Below, one piece after another: positions 1-16,160 of a DNA stretch of 64,000 nt. The notes under the pieces are model-generated. The model was not told the DNA's origin. It saw only the letters and a list, made by a program, of their open reading frames with translations, and searched no databases. The translations under genes were made by a program, and so were the position numbers. The stretch is from Eledone cirrhosa (Eukaryota). Location of the stretch: assembly GCA_964016885.1 (NCBI GenBank), contig OZ024763.1:29264001-29328000 (forward strand). The letters run 5' to 3'. The first letter of the stretch is position 1. Each line of letters begins with the position of its first letter.

Positions 1-52
<52 letters not shown>

Positions 53-261
53 CATATATATATACATATATATATAAACATATATATATATACACATATA
101 CATCTCTATATATATATATACATATATATATATACATCTCTATATATATATATACATATATATATGTAGGTATATATATATATATATATATATACATACA
201 TATATATACATATATATATATACATATATATATATATACATATATATACATATATATACAC

Positions 262-343
<82 letters not shown>

Positions 344-350
344 GTATATA
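1..350. repeat. (TA)n/(TACA) microsatellite, representative of the many (TA)n tracts that dominate the window (e.g. 12550-13360, 21280-22070, 28175-29400, 35165-36115, 48625-49826)
   Basis: Directly visible dinucleotide runs; they produce the YIYI ORFs. Confidence 0.98.
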
Positions 351-682
351 GATATATCACACATGGAGAAAGACACACACACAAACAGTCCGTCACACAC
401 AGATACACTCACACACGCAAGCATGAGGCAGGGGCGAAAAAAAAGAGAGAGGGAGAGAGAGAGAGTGTGTGTGTGTGTGTGTGTGTTTGTGTGTATGTAT
501 GTGTGTGTATGAGTTATGTTTAATACGTAAGAGTTCGTAAGAATTAACTGCCTTGCATGTTTCGATCTGGTTTTTTTTCTCTATTCATGTCGCTTATGTA
601 ATATATTCCTAGTGGGGTTTTCCCGCCTTTTCTCTATATCAAACTGTGTCCCATTCTCTTTGCTTTTGCCTCACAGCCTCAT

Positions 683-713
<31 letters not shown>

Positions 714-936
714 ACATATACATAAATACAAACACATATATATATATATATACATAGTACATATATACATACTTACATAGTATATATATAGTTTTAAAGT
801 AAGTCTACTTCTTGCTCCCCCATCAAACAAACCGTATAAACACTATTATACAATAACATATGCATAAACATGCACATATAACTGTGTGTATATATATATA
901 TATATATATATACATAAATACATACATATCCTACAT

Positions 937-986
<50 letters not shown>

Positions 987-1299
987 CATATATATGAAGG
1001 CTCACAAATCGCGATGGCTGCGGAACCAATTTATTATTGCATTAGAGTAACCCATCACACACCTAATATATATTCTGTGTGCATTGAAAACGGTGGAAAA
1101 CTGTAAACAAGGGGAAAATGAATAGGGTTAAAGTAAAAAGAGAGGATAGAAATAAGGGTTAGGGGGTAGACGAGGGGCTAGAGATAGGGTGTAGAGGGAA
1201 GGTAGATGATGGTGTGGGAGAGACAGTAGCTGAAAAAACACATCACAGATTCCTCGACAAAAAAACGCATAACCTAACGCTTATCCCATGGAATGGTAC

Positions 1300-1356
<57 letters not shown>

Positions 1357-1410
1357 TGTGTGTGTGTGTGTGTATGCATTTATATATACATATATATATA
1401 TATATGAATG

Positions 1411-1441
<31 letters not shown>

Positions 1442-1446
1442 GAATG

Positions 1447-1496
<50 letters not shown>

Positions 1497-1501
1497 CATT
1501 C

Positions 1502-1543
<42 letters not shown>

Positions 1544-1574
1544 ACATTCATATATATATGCATATATGAATGCA

Positions 1575-1607
<33 letters not shown>

Positions 1608-1610
1608 TTG

Positions 1611-1657
<47 letters not shown>

Positions 1658-1719
1658 CATTCATATAAATATATATATATATATATATAAACACATTCAT
1701 ATATATATGCATATATGAA

Positions 1720-1767
<48 letters not shown>

Positions 1768-2211
1768 AATTTATATATATATATATATATAGATAGATAG
1801 ATAGATAGATAGATATATGAATGTATATATATATATATAATTAAGCGTATGAAATAAAAGGAAAGAATTATAAAATACGCGATGAGGAGAAGAGAGAAAA
1901 AAATGGGAAACTCATAAAAAAAAAGTAAAAGGGGGTCTTTCAAGTATCTGAGAGAGAGGGAGAGAGTGAGAGAGAGAGGGGGGAGGGGGGAGCGTAAGAG
2001 GATGAGAGACCGAGAGAGAAAGAGAGAGTGTGAGACTGAGAGACAGGGAGGGAGAGTGGGAGACTGAGAGACAGGGAGGGTGAGTGAAAGAGCTAGAGAG
2101 AGACAGTGATCGATCGAGAGAGAGACGGAGAGAGAGAGACAAAGCTCGTGAAAGAGATACAGACCCGAGGGGGAGAGTGAGACAGGTCTCAAGAGAGAGT
2201 GAGAAAGATCT

Positions 2212-2251
<40 letters not shown>

Positions 2252-2642
2252 CAAGAGACAGAGAGAAGATAGCAAAAATATATAATAAATTCTATCATTT
2301 TTTTTTTCATTCCACAGCAAGTACAAACAAATATTTTTAAAAAAAACCAAGATGGGAACCACAAAAAAAAAAAACCAAAGACATGAAACAGTTACAGCAG
2401 CAACAGCAACACAGCAACAGCAACAACAACAGCAACAGCAAAATAGAAATAACAGTAATGATAATAAAAATGATAATATTAAACACAGACAACCAATACT
2501 GTGACAAATAAGCAATCAGTTGAAACCAAACAAATGACATAAGAGAGGAAAGGGCAAAAAAAATATTATATTACGTAAAGAGTGAAGACACTCACGTATA
2601 TATGTGTGTATATATATATATATATGCGTGTATATATATATA

Positions 2643-2707
<65 letters not shown>

Positions 2708-2762
2708 ATATATATATATATGTGTATATATATATATATATATGTGTATATATATATATGTG

Positions 2763-2801
<39 letters not shown>

Positions 2802-2813
2802 GTGTATATATAT

Positions 2814-2877
<64 letters not shown>

Positions 2878-2890
2878 ATATATATATATA

Positions 2891-2921
<31 letters not shown>

Positions 2922-2927
2922 GTGTAT

Positions 2928-2989
<62 letters not shown>

Positions 2990-3142
2990 CATAGACACAG
3001 ACATTCTAAAAACTTTCTAATTTTTCTACAAATGTTTTTTTTCTGCAAATCCCTACCACACCTATAATATCATCATCAGCACCACCACCATCATAACCTC
3101 CACCACCACAACAACAACCATTACCACTACCATCCTCATCAA

Positions 3143-3174
<32 letters not shown>

Positions 3175-3285
3175 ATCTTCCCTTCATACAGTCGTATACT
3201 CATATTAAATTGGAAACTCCGGAATAAATAGAAAAATAATGAAATGTGTGTGTATACAGAGACACATGCATAAATATATACATCC

Positions 3286-3320
<35 letters not shown>

Positions 3321-3567
3321 CATATTAATATTTTTATTTTTATGTATGTATATATATACATATATACATATATGTTTGTATATATTCATGTACATAAATA
3401 TATATATATATATATGTGTGTGTATATATATATATATATATATGTATGTATATCTATATATGTAACCGTTTTAGATGTTCTAAGTAGAAGTTAACACTTA
3501 ACGTTAACTTCAGTCAAAGTAGAATGTGATGTCACCATCTCTTCTAATGTTACAAAGTGAATTAACC

Positions 3568-3608
<41 letters not shown>

Positions 3609-3724
3609 TTTATACTTTCACTCGTGTAGGACACCTCGGTTATTTTTCATTTTGTAAAAAAAACCTCACTTTCTAATATATATATATTTATATATATTCA
3701 CACAATGACATAAACGTATATACT

Positions 3725-3820
<96 letters not shown>

Positions 3821-3912
3821 TTTGTATGCATATATATTCTCAATGTCTTTTTTATGAATTTCCTTTCGTTACTTTAAAATACCAGAGAGACAGAAAGAGC
3901 GAAAGAGACAGT

Positions 3913-3948
<36 letters not shown>

Positions 3949-4061
3949 TAGAGAGAGAGATAATATCACCCCCCCCCCCCGACCGATGATTCCTTTCCTT
4001 ACATACACCCACATACTTTACATAATGCGGACATGTTTAAAAACCCGAGGGGTTCGTACTA

Positions 4062-4114
<53 letters not shown>

Positions 4115-4186
4115 CACACAAACACATATAGATATATACGTACATACTCTGCTCTGTGAGAGCATAGAGTGCTCAACCGGCATAAC

Positions 4187-4262
<76 letters not shown>

Positions 4263-4307
4263 CTCAACCGGCATACGGCCTATATATATATATATATATA
4301 TATATAT

Positions 4308-4511
4308 AACGAAGGAAATGTGGAAAGGAACCAGGTGGACCATAACGCACCAAAGTACACAATACTTAGGGTAGTAGAGTGGGTAATAGGAACGAGTAGG
4401 ACCCCGACGGCTGAGCTCAAGCAAGCCGTTTCGACGGCTAATTCTGGACTGATTGCGTCCAGAATTAGCCGTCGAAACGGCTTGAGCTCAGCCGTCGGGG
4501 TCCTACTCGTT

Positions 4512-4515
<4 letters not shown>
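4308..4515 (-). mobile_element. About 200-bp hairpin-plus-tail element (family H) inserted in (TA)n
   Basis: About 60-bp-arm inverted repeat at 4387-4515 plus a tail shared with copies at 7288, 14399, 24273, 36116, 47965 and 48373. Confidence 0.85.
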
Positions 4516-4549
<34 letters not shown>

Positions 4550-4867
4550 ACCTTTACCCCGAAAAAAAACCCAGTTGATGGATGTGAATCCGAAACATAT
4601 AGGGACTATTAAATCTCTCCCAAGGTAACTCTCTCTTGTGTTGTTATTTTATCCTTTATACTCTTCCCTTCTTTCTTCTACACATTTACACATCTTTACA
4701 CACCACGCATCTCAACGTACACCCACTTACATCTCTCTCTCTCCACCACCGGATCTTGTTACCCGGAGATTTACCCATTTGCATTGTCGAGGCTTCCAAA
4801 CGACTTATAAATATATATATATAGTGCTCAACCGGCATACCGCCTTGTTTTGTTCCAGTTCCATTTT

Positions 4868-4953
<86 letters not shown>

Positions 4954-4990
4954 ATTAAATAAATGGAAACTATATTTATAAAACCATATT

Positions 4991-5056
4991 TATTTCGTTA
5001 TATATATTTCAGGGATATCATATTAACAATATGTTATGCCTTCTTCAGACAAAATA
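4991..5056 (-). ncRNA. Minimal type I hammerhead ribozyme motif (family A)
   Basis: Reverse complement of the motif at 5159-5224. Confidence 0.8.
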
Positions 5057-5158
5057 CAATATAAACAGTCTTATAAATAAATAGATACGACATACCTTTC
5101 AATCACCTTGCATTTGGGAGGTTGATTTGGCAGTTTATTTATAAGACTGTTTATATTG

Positions 5159-5224
5159 TATTTTGTCTGAAGAAGGCATAACATATTGTTAATATGATAT
5201 CCCTGAAATATATATAACGAAATA
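5159..5224 (+). ncRNA. Minimal type I hammerhead ribozyme motif (family A)
   Basis: Stem I tattttgt/acgaaata; CTGAAGA at 5167-5173; stem II 5174-5204; GAAA at 5205-5208; palindromic stem III ATATATAT; predicted AUA cleavage. Confidence 0.8.
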
Positions 5225-5357
5225 AATATGGTTTTATAAATACAGTTTCCATTTATTTAATATCATAAATATACTCCAAATACTTGTTGAGTGCTTTTAT
5301 ATCAGTTATAAATATTTACTCGTTGTTAACCCAACAATTTAAATATAACTTTCCATG

Positions 5358-5416
<59 letters not shown>

Positions 5417-5626
5417 TTCAAGAGTAAACCAATCTTAAAGAGAGAGAGATGGAGATAGGAGAGGAGAAGAGAGATTGGTGAACTAGTTAGAAGGCAAAAG
5501 CGTAAAGGCATGTGCTCAATGTGCAATATGCAGTGGAAGGCAGGTAGATGGCTGGGTTCATGGTGACAATCTTTAAATAATGTCTTCCTTGTGAAATGTG
5601 TGGTCTTGCTTTGCTTAACTAATGAA

Positions 5627-6296
<670 letters not shown>

Positions 6297-6541
6297 TGTG
6301 CGTGTCGGTTTGTGTGTAATGTTTAGTTTCTCTATATATACAGGGTCTCTCAAATATTGCTCACTAGTAAAGTAATTCTTTACTATGATACTTCCACATT
6401 TGCTATGTTTCTAAGTAAATGTGATAAATGTTCATAAAATGATGGTTAGGGTGGTGCGTGAATTTTGCGTCACCCTGTATATATGTATATGTGTGTGTGT
6501 GTGTGTATATATATATTCATTTTTCCATTACCATTACAAGG

Positions 6542-6626
6542 GGTCTGACGAGTCGCGGATTACAGAGTCGGGTCAGATCGATACAGATTGAACCTTGGGC
6601 TGGTCAGTGGCGAAACGCGCGTCACC
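6542..6626 (+). ncRNA. Hammerhead ribozyme motif with long stem II (family B, island about 6518-6681)
   Basis: ggt-CTGACGA-gtcgc...gtggc-GAAA-cgcgcg-TC-acc; palindromic stem III ACGCGCGT; GUC site; AATAAA just downstream. Confidence 0.75.
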
Positions 6627-6804
6627 AACCAATAAACTTAATGAAGGGGTAACCAATGGTCCTTGTTATATTATTTCACTATAATACACTCTGTCTAGCT
6701 CTACACCTCGACACTGAAATGAACCAAACCTCGTGTGGAGTGCTCACAGGGGTGAACCTACAGTAACGAGAAGTCAGTGATGCATCAAAACACAATTTAT
6801 TAAC

Positions 6805-6890
6805 ATATTACATATGTTTGTCCGTCTATCAGCTCAAGGCAGGATCTGTTACAGATCGAACCCCACTCTGCAATCGCGTTTTCAAAGTAT
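6805..6890 (-). ncRNA. Degenerate family-B-like hammerhead remnant
   Basis: Stem II region aligns by eye with 6552-6611; palindrome ACATATGT followed by A and then AATAAA; core boxes mutated. Confidence 0.4.
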
Positions 6891-6998
6891 TCCATCGTTA
6901 TCTATATAATATACTCTGCTCTGCCCGAGCATCGAGTGCTCAAAGGGTATAACGCCCACGGACTCATTTAATTGCAACCATAAACAAATATATATATC

Positions 6999-7080
<82 letters not shown>

Positions 7081-7204
7081 CATAAACGCTCATACTCAGC
7101 ACTATATTTTTGTTTATAAAGCTCTGATGATTACTGCTCCACGGTATGGATGAAACATTGTCAGCGAATAAAAATTGCATGAGTATGTAGGCGTTCTTTG
7201 ATTC

Positions 7205-7287
<83 letters not shown>

Positions 7288-7290
<3 letters not shown>

Positions 7291-7430
7291 GAAGGAAGTG
7301 TGGTAAGGAACCAGGTGGACCATAACGCACCACAGTATTCGATACTTTGGATAGTAGAGTGGGTAATAGGAAAATGTTCAGGACCCCGACGGCAGAGCTC
7401 AAGCCGTTCCGACAGCTATTTTTAGAGTCC
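7288..7430 (-). mobile_element. Family H element, single arm plus tail
   Basis: Shares ggaaccaggtggaccataacgcacc...ggaccccgacggc with the 4308 copy. Confidence 0.8.
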
Positions 7431-7436
7431 ATATAT

Positions 7437-7516
<80 letters not shown>

Positions 7517-7519
<3 letters not shown>

Positions 7520-7678
7520 GGCACATGTTTGAGTTGTAAAAGAATTTGATTCGCAACCGTGAGGTTGTGAGTTCGATGCATTATGTCCTTGATCAAGACA
7601 CTTTATTTCACGTTGCTACTTCTACCTGGAGTTGTGACTGATAGATTGTATTAGCAATACTTTGCGAAAGTCGACTGT
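7517..7678 (+). mobile_element. tRNA-derived SINE family 2, internally deleted copy
   Basis: Homologous to 10879-11093. Confidence 0.7.
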
Positions 7679-7763
7679 TGATATATATATATATATATAT
7701 TTATATGTGTGTGTGTGTGTGTATATATATATATGTGTGTGTGTGTGTTTGTATATATATTTA

Positions 7764-7807
<44 letters not shown>

Positions 7808-7808
7808 G

Positions 7809-7866
<58 letters not shown>

Positions 7867-7900
7867 ATGTATATATATATATATATATATATATCTGTGG

Positions 7901-7959
<59 letters not shown>

Positions 7960-9662
7960 AACACATATACATACAAGCAAGGAATGAGACATTAACATAC
8001 ATGTACACGTGCATGAACAATTAACATACAAACACATATACACACATTACACACTCCTACACACACATATACACACACTCCTACACAAACACCTACACAA
8101 ACACCTACACACACATATACACACACACCTACACACACACATATACACACACTCATACACACACTCCTACACATATATGCACACGTATGTAATTAGTTCA
8201 TCATTCAAGCAGGTCTATCGATTGTTCAATCGTTGACACACATCACTGAACACACACACACACGTACACGCACGTACACACACACAGACATACACGTACA
8301 CACATACACACGTACACACACACGTACACAAACACACGTACACACACATCACTGAACATTCACACACAGGTACACACACATTCACTGAACACACAGAAAC
8401 ACCAAACCCATGAACACACACACCCACGTACACACACACACATCATTGAACACTCACACACACACATCATTGAACACACAGAAACACCAAACCCATGTAC
8501 ACACACACAGAAACACCAAACCCATGTACACACACACAGAAACACCAAACCCATGTACACACACACGTACACACACACACATCATTGAACACTCATACAC
8601 ACACATCACTGAACACACACCCACCCACATTACTGATCACACACACACACATCACTGTACACTCAGGCATATACACACACATCACTGAACGCAAACACAC
8701 ACACACATATATATATACACACACTTCACTGAGTTCTCACACACCACAACACATACACACAAACGTCATAAAAGTCAAACACACGTCACAGAACATACAC
8801 ACACACACACATATATACATATATATACACATGCACATACACACACATACACATATATATATATATATATACATACACACACATACACCTACACGTATAT
8901 ATGCATATACACACACATACATATACACATACACACATACATATATATATATATACATACACATATACACACATATATATATACATACACACACATACAT
9001 ATATATATACACATACAAATACACACACATATATATATATATATACACATACACACACATACATATATACACATATATACACACACAGATGCATATGTAT
9101 ATACACACACATATGCATATGCACACACACACACACACAAACGAACATCACCCAACTCACACCTCTCATTTTCTGAACAATTCACTGAACACACGCATAT
9201 GCAAACACACACACTGACATACACATGCACGCACACACACACACCATTCACTGAACACACACACACACACACACCTCGTTTTCTGTACAATTCACTGAAC
9301 ACACGCAAACACCCCACAAACATACACAAACACACACACACACAAACACACACACCTTACACACCAACCCACACACAGATGTTTCTGGAGCATGGTTAAT
9401 TATGAATGCTAAAATGGTGCTTATAGCCAGTCATGCATAGCTGACCTTGAAAATTTACAATCATCATCATCATCATCATCATCATCGTCGTCACCATCAT
9501 TGTACCCCCCCCCTCCCCTCCTCTTCCCCATCTCCAACATCATATCGATGAAAGAGCAAACATATTTGCTATCATCTTAATAATCACAACCACCCCAAAC
9601 CCCTTTGTCATCGCCACCCAATTCTCGTTCTCCATTTTTTATTGTTCTGAGTGATGGTAATA

Positions 9663-10512
9663 ATGGTTTCTCAGCTAGGCACAAGGCCAACAATTTGTGT
9701 GGAAAGACGTAAGTCGTTTAACCGACCCGAGGGCAACACTGGTACTTTATTTTATTGACCACGCGAGGATGAAAAGTTCAAATCCCACCGAGGTTAGCTT
9801 TGCCAAAGCCCGCAAAGATAGGTGATGAAAAGAGTGTCTTCTGATATAGGCACACGACCAGAAATTTTGGATCGTCTCCAGTGTATTACTGGTACTTTAC
9901 TTTATCGACCCCGTAAGGTGATTATAATAATTGTTTCTACATTTGGCACAAGGCCAGCAATTATCCCAGTGTATTACTTGTAATTTATTTCATCGACCCC
10001 CGTAAGGATGAAAGGCAAAGTTAACCTCGGCGGGATTTGAACTCAGACCATAAAGGGACGTAACTCTTTGCTGCAAAGCATGGCGTCCGACCCTCTACCA
10101 ATACTGCCAATCCACCATGAGTTCTGATTTAAGCAAAAGGCCAACAATTTGTGCGTACTGGTACTTTATTTTATCGACCTCATAAGGATGAAAGTTCAAA
10201 TTCCGCCGAGGTTAGGTTTTGGCAAAGGCCACAAAAAGAGGTGATCAAAATAATGTCCTTTGATTTAGGCACAAGACCAACAGTTTTGGGGGAGAGGGGA
10301 AGTCGAGGAGGGGAAAGTCGATAATTCGACTCTAGTGCATTACTGGTACTTTATATTATCGACCTCCCGAGGATGAAAGTTCACATCCCGCCGGGGTTAG
10401 GTTTTGCTTAACTGACAAAGAGAGGTGATTAAAATATTTATTGGGGTCGATTTTATTTAAATTTCCCACCTTCTAGGAATTGTTGGCCTTGTGCCTAAAT
10501 CAAAAACCATTA
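9663..10512 (-). mobile_element. Cluster of SINE family 1 copies (most complete 9928-10117) plus degenerate fragments
   Basis: Repeated ggcacaaggcca...ctggtactttattttatcgaccc...ggatgaaag...gatttgaactcag; the last fragment (about 10440-10512) is on the + strand. Confidence 0.85.
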
Positions 10513-10878
10513 TTACTGCGATGCATCACGTAGATATGTTGGTCACGTGTGCCTGCTCATCGTGGGTGGTATAGCGTTGCCTTTCACGCATGACTGGAGA
10601 CTCTAACTTATTCATGTGACTCGCTCATGTGACACCATCATTCACCTCTAAACTGATCAATTAGATACCGAAAGCTTATCGCTTGCCTTTTCAGACGTGC
10701 GTATCGGGAGTCGTACTTCTAATATATATATATGTATATATATAAATATAATTATATATGTATATATATAGAGAGAGAGGTAGGGGGGAGGGGGAGCTGT
10801 GTATGTGTGTCTATACTACAGGGAACATTAAAGTCCGAAAATATACGTATATCCACACACATATATATATATATATAG

Positions 10879-11093
10879 TGAAGGCATGCGGCTGAGTGGT
10901 TAGGGAATTGGATTCGCAATCGTAAGGTTGTGAGTTCGATTCCTGGACCAGGCGATGCGTTATGTCCTTGAGCAAGACACTTTATTTCACGTTGCTCCTT
11001 CTACCTGGAGTTGCGACCGATAGATAGTATTAGCAATTGGAAAGACCAACGGAAACATTGTTCCCTCAGTCCGATTTGACGAAAGTCGATCGT
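10879..11093 (+). mobile_element. tRNA-derived SINE family 2
   Basis: A-box-like gcggctgagtgg and B-box gagttcgattcc, followed by a CORE-like tccttgagcaagacactt segment. Confidence 0.75.
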
Positions 11094-11115
11094 TCCTTTA
11101 TATATATATACTGTG

Positions 11116-11160
<45 letters not shown>

Positions 11161-11383
11161 CCTTTGTGTTGTTAATCCGTAAACCAACTCTCATCGAGTA
11201 GAAGTATGACCAAAGTCGTTCCATCCACGACCATCTCAGCGTTTCCAATTAAAATATAGTGTATCCAGTACTACAACAATTCACGATAGGCATTATTCAT
11301 ATTTTTATGACACTAGGTTGGCATTTGGGGGGCTTTTGCTGACTATTTCTAGCAATTCAAATAGCCACATAGTGGTTCAGATT

Positions 11384-11537
11384 GGTTTCTGATTTAGGAA
11401 CAAAGCCAATAATTTTGGGGAGGGAAAGACGATGAATTCAACTCCAGACGTGACTGGTACTTTATTTTATCGACCTTGTAAGGATGAAGGGCAACGATAA
11501 CCTCGGCTGGATTTGGACTCAGACTGTAAAGGGACGC
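11384..11537 (-). mobile_element. SINE family 1, partial
   Basis: Conserved body ctggtactttattttatcgacc...ggatgaa. Confidence 0.8.
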
Positions 11538-11562
11538 TTATGAACTTTTTAGCCGACCCTTG

Positions 11563-11622
<60 letters not shown>

Positions 11623-11666
11623 TCCCATCGGCTGAGTGCTCTACCACTACGGATATTACCTTCCAG

Positions 11667-11787
<121 letters not shown>

Positions 11788-11789
11788 TT

Positions 11790-11925
11790 ATTTCGTTTCT
11801 GGATTTGTTTAGCAAGATTCTTTATCTGAAAACGTGTGTTGAAACCGATATTGTTATACTTTGGGAGGGTCATGTTGCCAATAAGAAACACACGCACCAG
11901 GTGATTTCACTCCAATTTATTATAA
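11790..11925 (-). mobile_element. 3' terminal fragment of PLE family C (long end)
   Basis: Reverse complement of about 31250-31384. Confidence 0.8.
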
Positions 11926-11966
11926 ATTAAAATTTTTTTTATATAGATACAGATATATTTTACATA

Positions 11967-12001
<35 letters not shown>

Positions 12002-12081
12002 GTATGTATATTTATGTATGTATATATATATAAAGACATACATATATACACACAGATATATATATATATACATACATATAT

Positions 12082-12126
<45 letters not shown>

Positions 12127-12549
12127 TACATACATATATAGATACATATATATATATATATATTTACATATATATATATACATACACACACACATATATA
12201 TTTACATATATATACACACACACACACATATATTTACATATATATACACACACACAGATATATTTACATATATATACACACACACATGTATATATATATA
12301 ATATATATATATATATCCCTTGCTACACATATCAAGTTAGTTTAAGCGACAATTACAACATTTCCTGTTAGGTTTTCCTTCAAAATGCATATGGCTGACA
12401 CCAGAATAACTGTAGTGACTACATCAACGGATATACATCATAAACATTCTACTCCATTTTGAATATCCGTCCTCACATCTCTTCTCATATACATCCAAGC
12501 ATAAACATGACCATAAACACTGTTAGTATAACCTATGAATTTCTGGAGG

Positions 12550-12581
<32 letters not shown>

Positions 12582-12640
12582 CATACATATATATATATAT
12601 ACATGTATATATATATATATACATGTATATATATATATAA

Positions 12641-12677
<37 letters not shown>

Positions 12678-12680
12678 GTG

Positions 12681-12738
<58 letters not shown>

Positions 12739-12858
12739 AATATATATATATATGTATATATATATTATATATAATATATTATATATATATATATATATGT
12801 GTATATATATATATATATGTGTATATATATATATATATGTATATATAATATATATATG

Positions 12859-12938
<80 letters not shown>

Positions 12939-13016
12939 AATATATATATATATTTATATATATATATATATACAAATATATATATATATATATACAAATA
13001 TATATATATATATACA

Positions 13017-13048
<32 letters not shown>

Positions 13049-13245
13049 CATATATATATACATATATATATATATACATATATATATACATATATATATA
13101 TACATATATATATATACATATATATACATATATACATATATATATACATATATATATACATATATATATATACATATATATATTACAATATATATATACA
13201 TATATATATACATATATATATATATACATATATATATACATATAT

Positions 13246-13343
<98 letters not shown>

Positions 13344-13489
13344 CATATACAAATACATATATATTTATTTCATAAACAGACGTCGTTTATATAAACGAAA
13401 TGTCGTGTTTATAACAAAATACCTAACTTAATGACACGCACAAAGTCCCTCACTCCTGACACACACACACACACACACATACCCACACT

Positions 13490-13524
<35 letters not shown>

Positions 13525-13659
13525 TGTATCGTCTGCCTTAGCCTTAAAATGTATATACATCGTACGTAAACATACTTGAGGTTGTGTATGACAACACTAA
13601 TGAAATTCACAAAATTATGATACCTGTATCAGCTTAAATTCTCTCACAGTCGCAAACAT

Positions 13660-13730
<71 letters not shown>

Positions 13731-13924
13731 CACACACACACACATACACTCTATGGCTGTCATACAATCAAGTCACACACTCATCAGGATATTGAGCACG
13801 TTGGAGTCTAGAGGTCCCCGTCATTTCACCCTCCTTTCATTTGCTTTTTTTGCTGTAGTAGGATTAAAGTTTGAATAGGCAGAAGAGACCCGAAATATTT
13901 GAAGTCTAGGAGCTCGGATATATA

Positions 13925-14232
13925 TTTGTTTTATCGACTCCGTAAGGATGAAAAGGAAAGCTAACCTCGGTGGGATTTGAACTCAGAACGTAAAGTACCG
14001 AAACACTATGCTCTATAGGTAATGCCAATCAACCACCCTTAATAATCGTTTCTTATATAGCCTCTAGTCCAGCGATTTTGAGGAGAGGGTAAAGTCGATC
14101 AAATCAACCCAAGTGCATTACTGGTACTTTATTTTATCGACCGCGAGAGGATGAAAGTCAAAGCTTAATTCGGTAGGATTTTAACGCAGAACGTAAAGGG
14201 ACCTAACTCTATGCTGCAAAGCATATTGTCCG
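13925..14232 (-). mobile_element. Two adjacent SINE family 1 copies
   Basis: Two copies of the conserved body and B-box region. Confidence 0.8.
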
Positions 14233-14253
14233 ATAAAAAAAAGGATGTTTATT

Positions 14254-14346
14254 CACGTGTGACGCGCGTTTCACGGTCGACCAGTTCGAGTTATACTCAA
14301 TATAAACTGTGCCAGACTGAGGAATCGATAGCTCATCAAACTCATG
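14254..14346 (-). ncRNA. Hammerhead motif with long stem II, C3U variant
   Basis: Minus strand reads catgagt-TTGATGA-gc...gt-GAAA-cgcgcg-TC-acacgtg-AATAAA. Confidence 0.6.
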
Positions 14347-14351
14347 GTTTC

Positions 14352-14393
<42 letters not shown>

Positions 14394-14398
14394 GTATA

Positions 14399-14591
14399 TA
14401 GGAAAAGAGTCAGGACCCCGACGGCTGAGCTATATCCGAACTAAGACACCAGTCTGGTGGCTTAGTTCGGATCTAGTAGAGTGGGTAATATGAAAAGAGA
14501 CAGGTCTCTTTTCCTGTTACCCATTACTACCCTAAGTATTGAGTACTCTAGGGCGTTATGCTCTGCCTGGTATCTTACCACACTCGCTTTG

Positions 14592-14593
<2 letters not shown>
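14399..14593 (+). mobile_element. Family H element, rearranged centre
   Basis: Same start (taggaaaagagtcaggaccccgacggctgagc) and same tail as the other copies. Confidence 0.8.
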
Positions 14594-14660
<67 letters not shown>

Positions 14661-14664
14661 AGAG

Positions 14665-14735
<71 letters not shown>

Positions 14736-14888
14736 AAGAGAGAGAGAGACAATAGGAAGTCAAATTTGCAGCTTGTTATGAAACGTTATTGCTTCTAAAT
14801 CGATCAGATCTGGTTTGATCAGGCGATCAGATCCCGAGTCTTAACCGACACCTCTTCACTTAAATAACATGCACACACACACACACAT

Positions 14889-14990
<102 letters not shown>

Positions 14991-15247
14991 TGTATGATAT
15001 CTACACGCACAAATTCACAAAGACACACAGGCAAGTACAAAATAAAGCAACAGCCTATATATAAAGGAAGTTTGTAAGTGTTTATAGAAAGCAATTTTGA
15101 TTTGACATAAACTGCCATAAGCTAATAAAGAGAACACTCACTTCCTTTCCCAAAGGCTTAACAGCTTTACCGACATCTATTTCCGGATCCGGTTTACGAA
15201 CTATCTTTCATTACGATTACAATAAACAAGGACATTATAAATCGACC

Positions 15248-15338
<91 letters not shown>

Positions 15339-15557
15339 TATATATATATAATATATATATATATATAATATATATATATATATAATATAATATATATAAT
15401 ATATATATATATAATATATATAATATATATATAATATATATAATATATATAATATATATATATATAATATATATATATATATAATATATATATAATATAT
15501 ATAATATATATATATATAATATATATATATATAATATATATATAATATATATAATAT

Positions 15558-15589
<32 letters not shown>

Positions 15590-15648
15590 ATATATATATA
15601 TATATAATATATATATATATATATAATATATATATATATATAATATAT

Positions 15649-15719
<71 letters not shown>

Positions 15720-15721
15720 CA

Positions 15722-15897
15722 TTGGCAGTATCGGTAGAGGGTCGGACGCCATGCTTTGCAGCAAGAGTTACAGCCCTTTGTGGTCTGAGTTCAAATCCTG
15801 TCGAGGTTAATTTCGCCTTTCATCCTTACGGGGTCGATAAAATAAAGTACCAGTATTACACTGGGGTAATTACTGGCCTTGTGCCAAAATTTGAAAC
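15722..15897 (+). mobile_element. SINE family 1
   Basis: A-box tggcagtatcgg, B-box gagttcaaatcc and the conserved body. Confidence 0.9.
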
Positions 15898-15971
15898 TAT
15901 GTACATATATATATATGTATATATATATTGTTATACTTGGGGAGGGTCATATTGTTATAATATTGCCAGAA

Positions 15972-16160
15972 ATAATTGTTTCTACTTTAGCACAAGGCCA
16001 GCAATTACCCAGTGCATTACTGGTACTTTATTTTATCGACCCCGTAAGGATGAAAGGCAAAGTCAACCTCGGCGGGATTTGAACTCAGATCGTAAAGGGA
16101 CGTAACTATGCTGGAAAGCATGGCGTCCGACCCTCTACCGATACTGCCAATCCACCGCCC
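15972..16160 (-). mobile_element. Full-length SINE family 1 with 27-bp target-site duplication
   Basis: Direct repeats at 15950-15976 and 16161-16187 (one mismatch). Confidence 0.9.

Larger units (their letters stand above)
4948..5357 (+). mobile_element. PLE-like fold-back insertion (family A): arms 4948-5081 and 5134-5267, tail to 5357
   Basis: 134-bp near-perfect inverted repeat carrying an HHR on each arm, with (TA)n on both flanks; homologues at 17.7 kb and 31.8-32.3 kb. Confidence 0.85.

Noticed and set aside
15722-15810. tRNA gene at SINE heads
   Set aside because: A and B boxes are present but there is no cloverleaf, and they are always attached to the SINE body.
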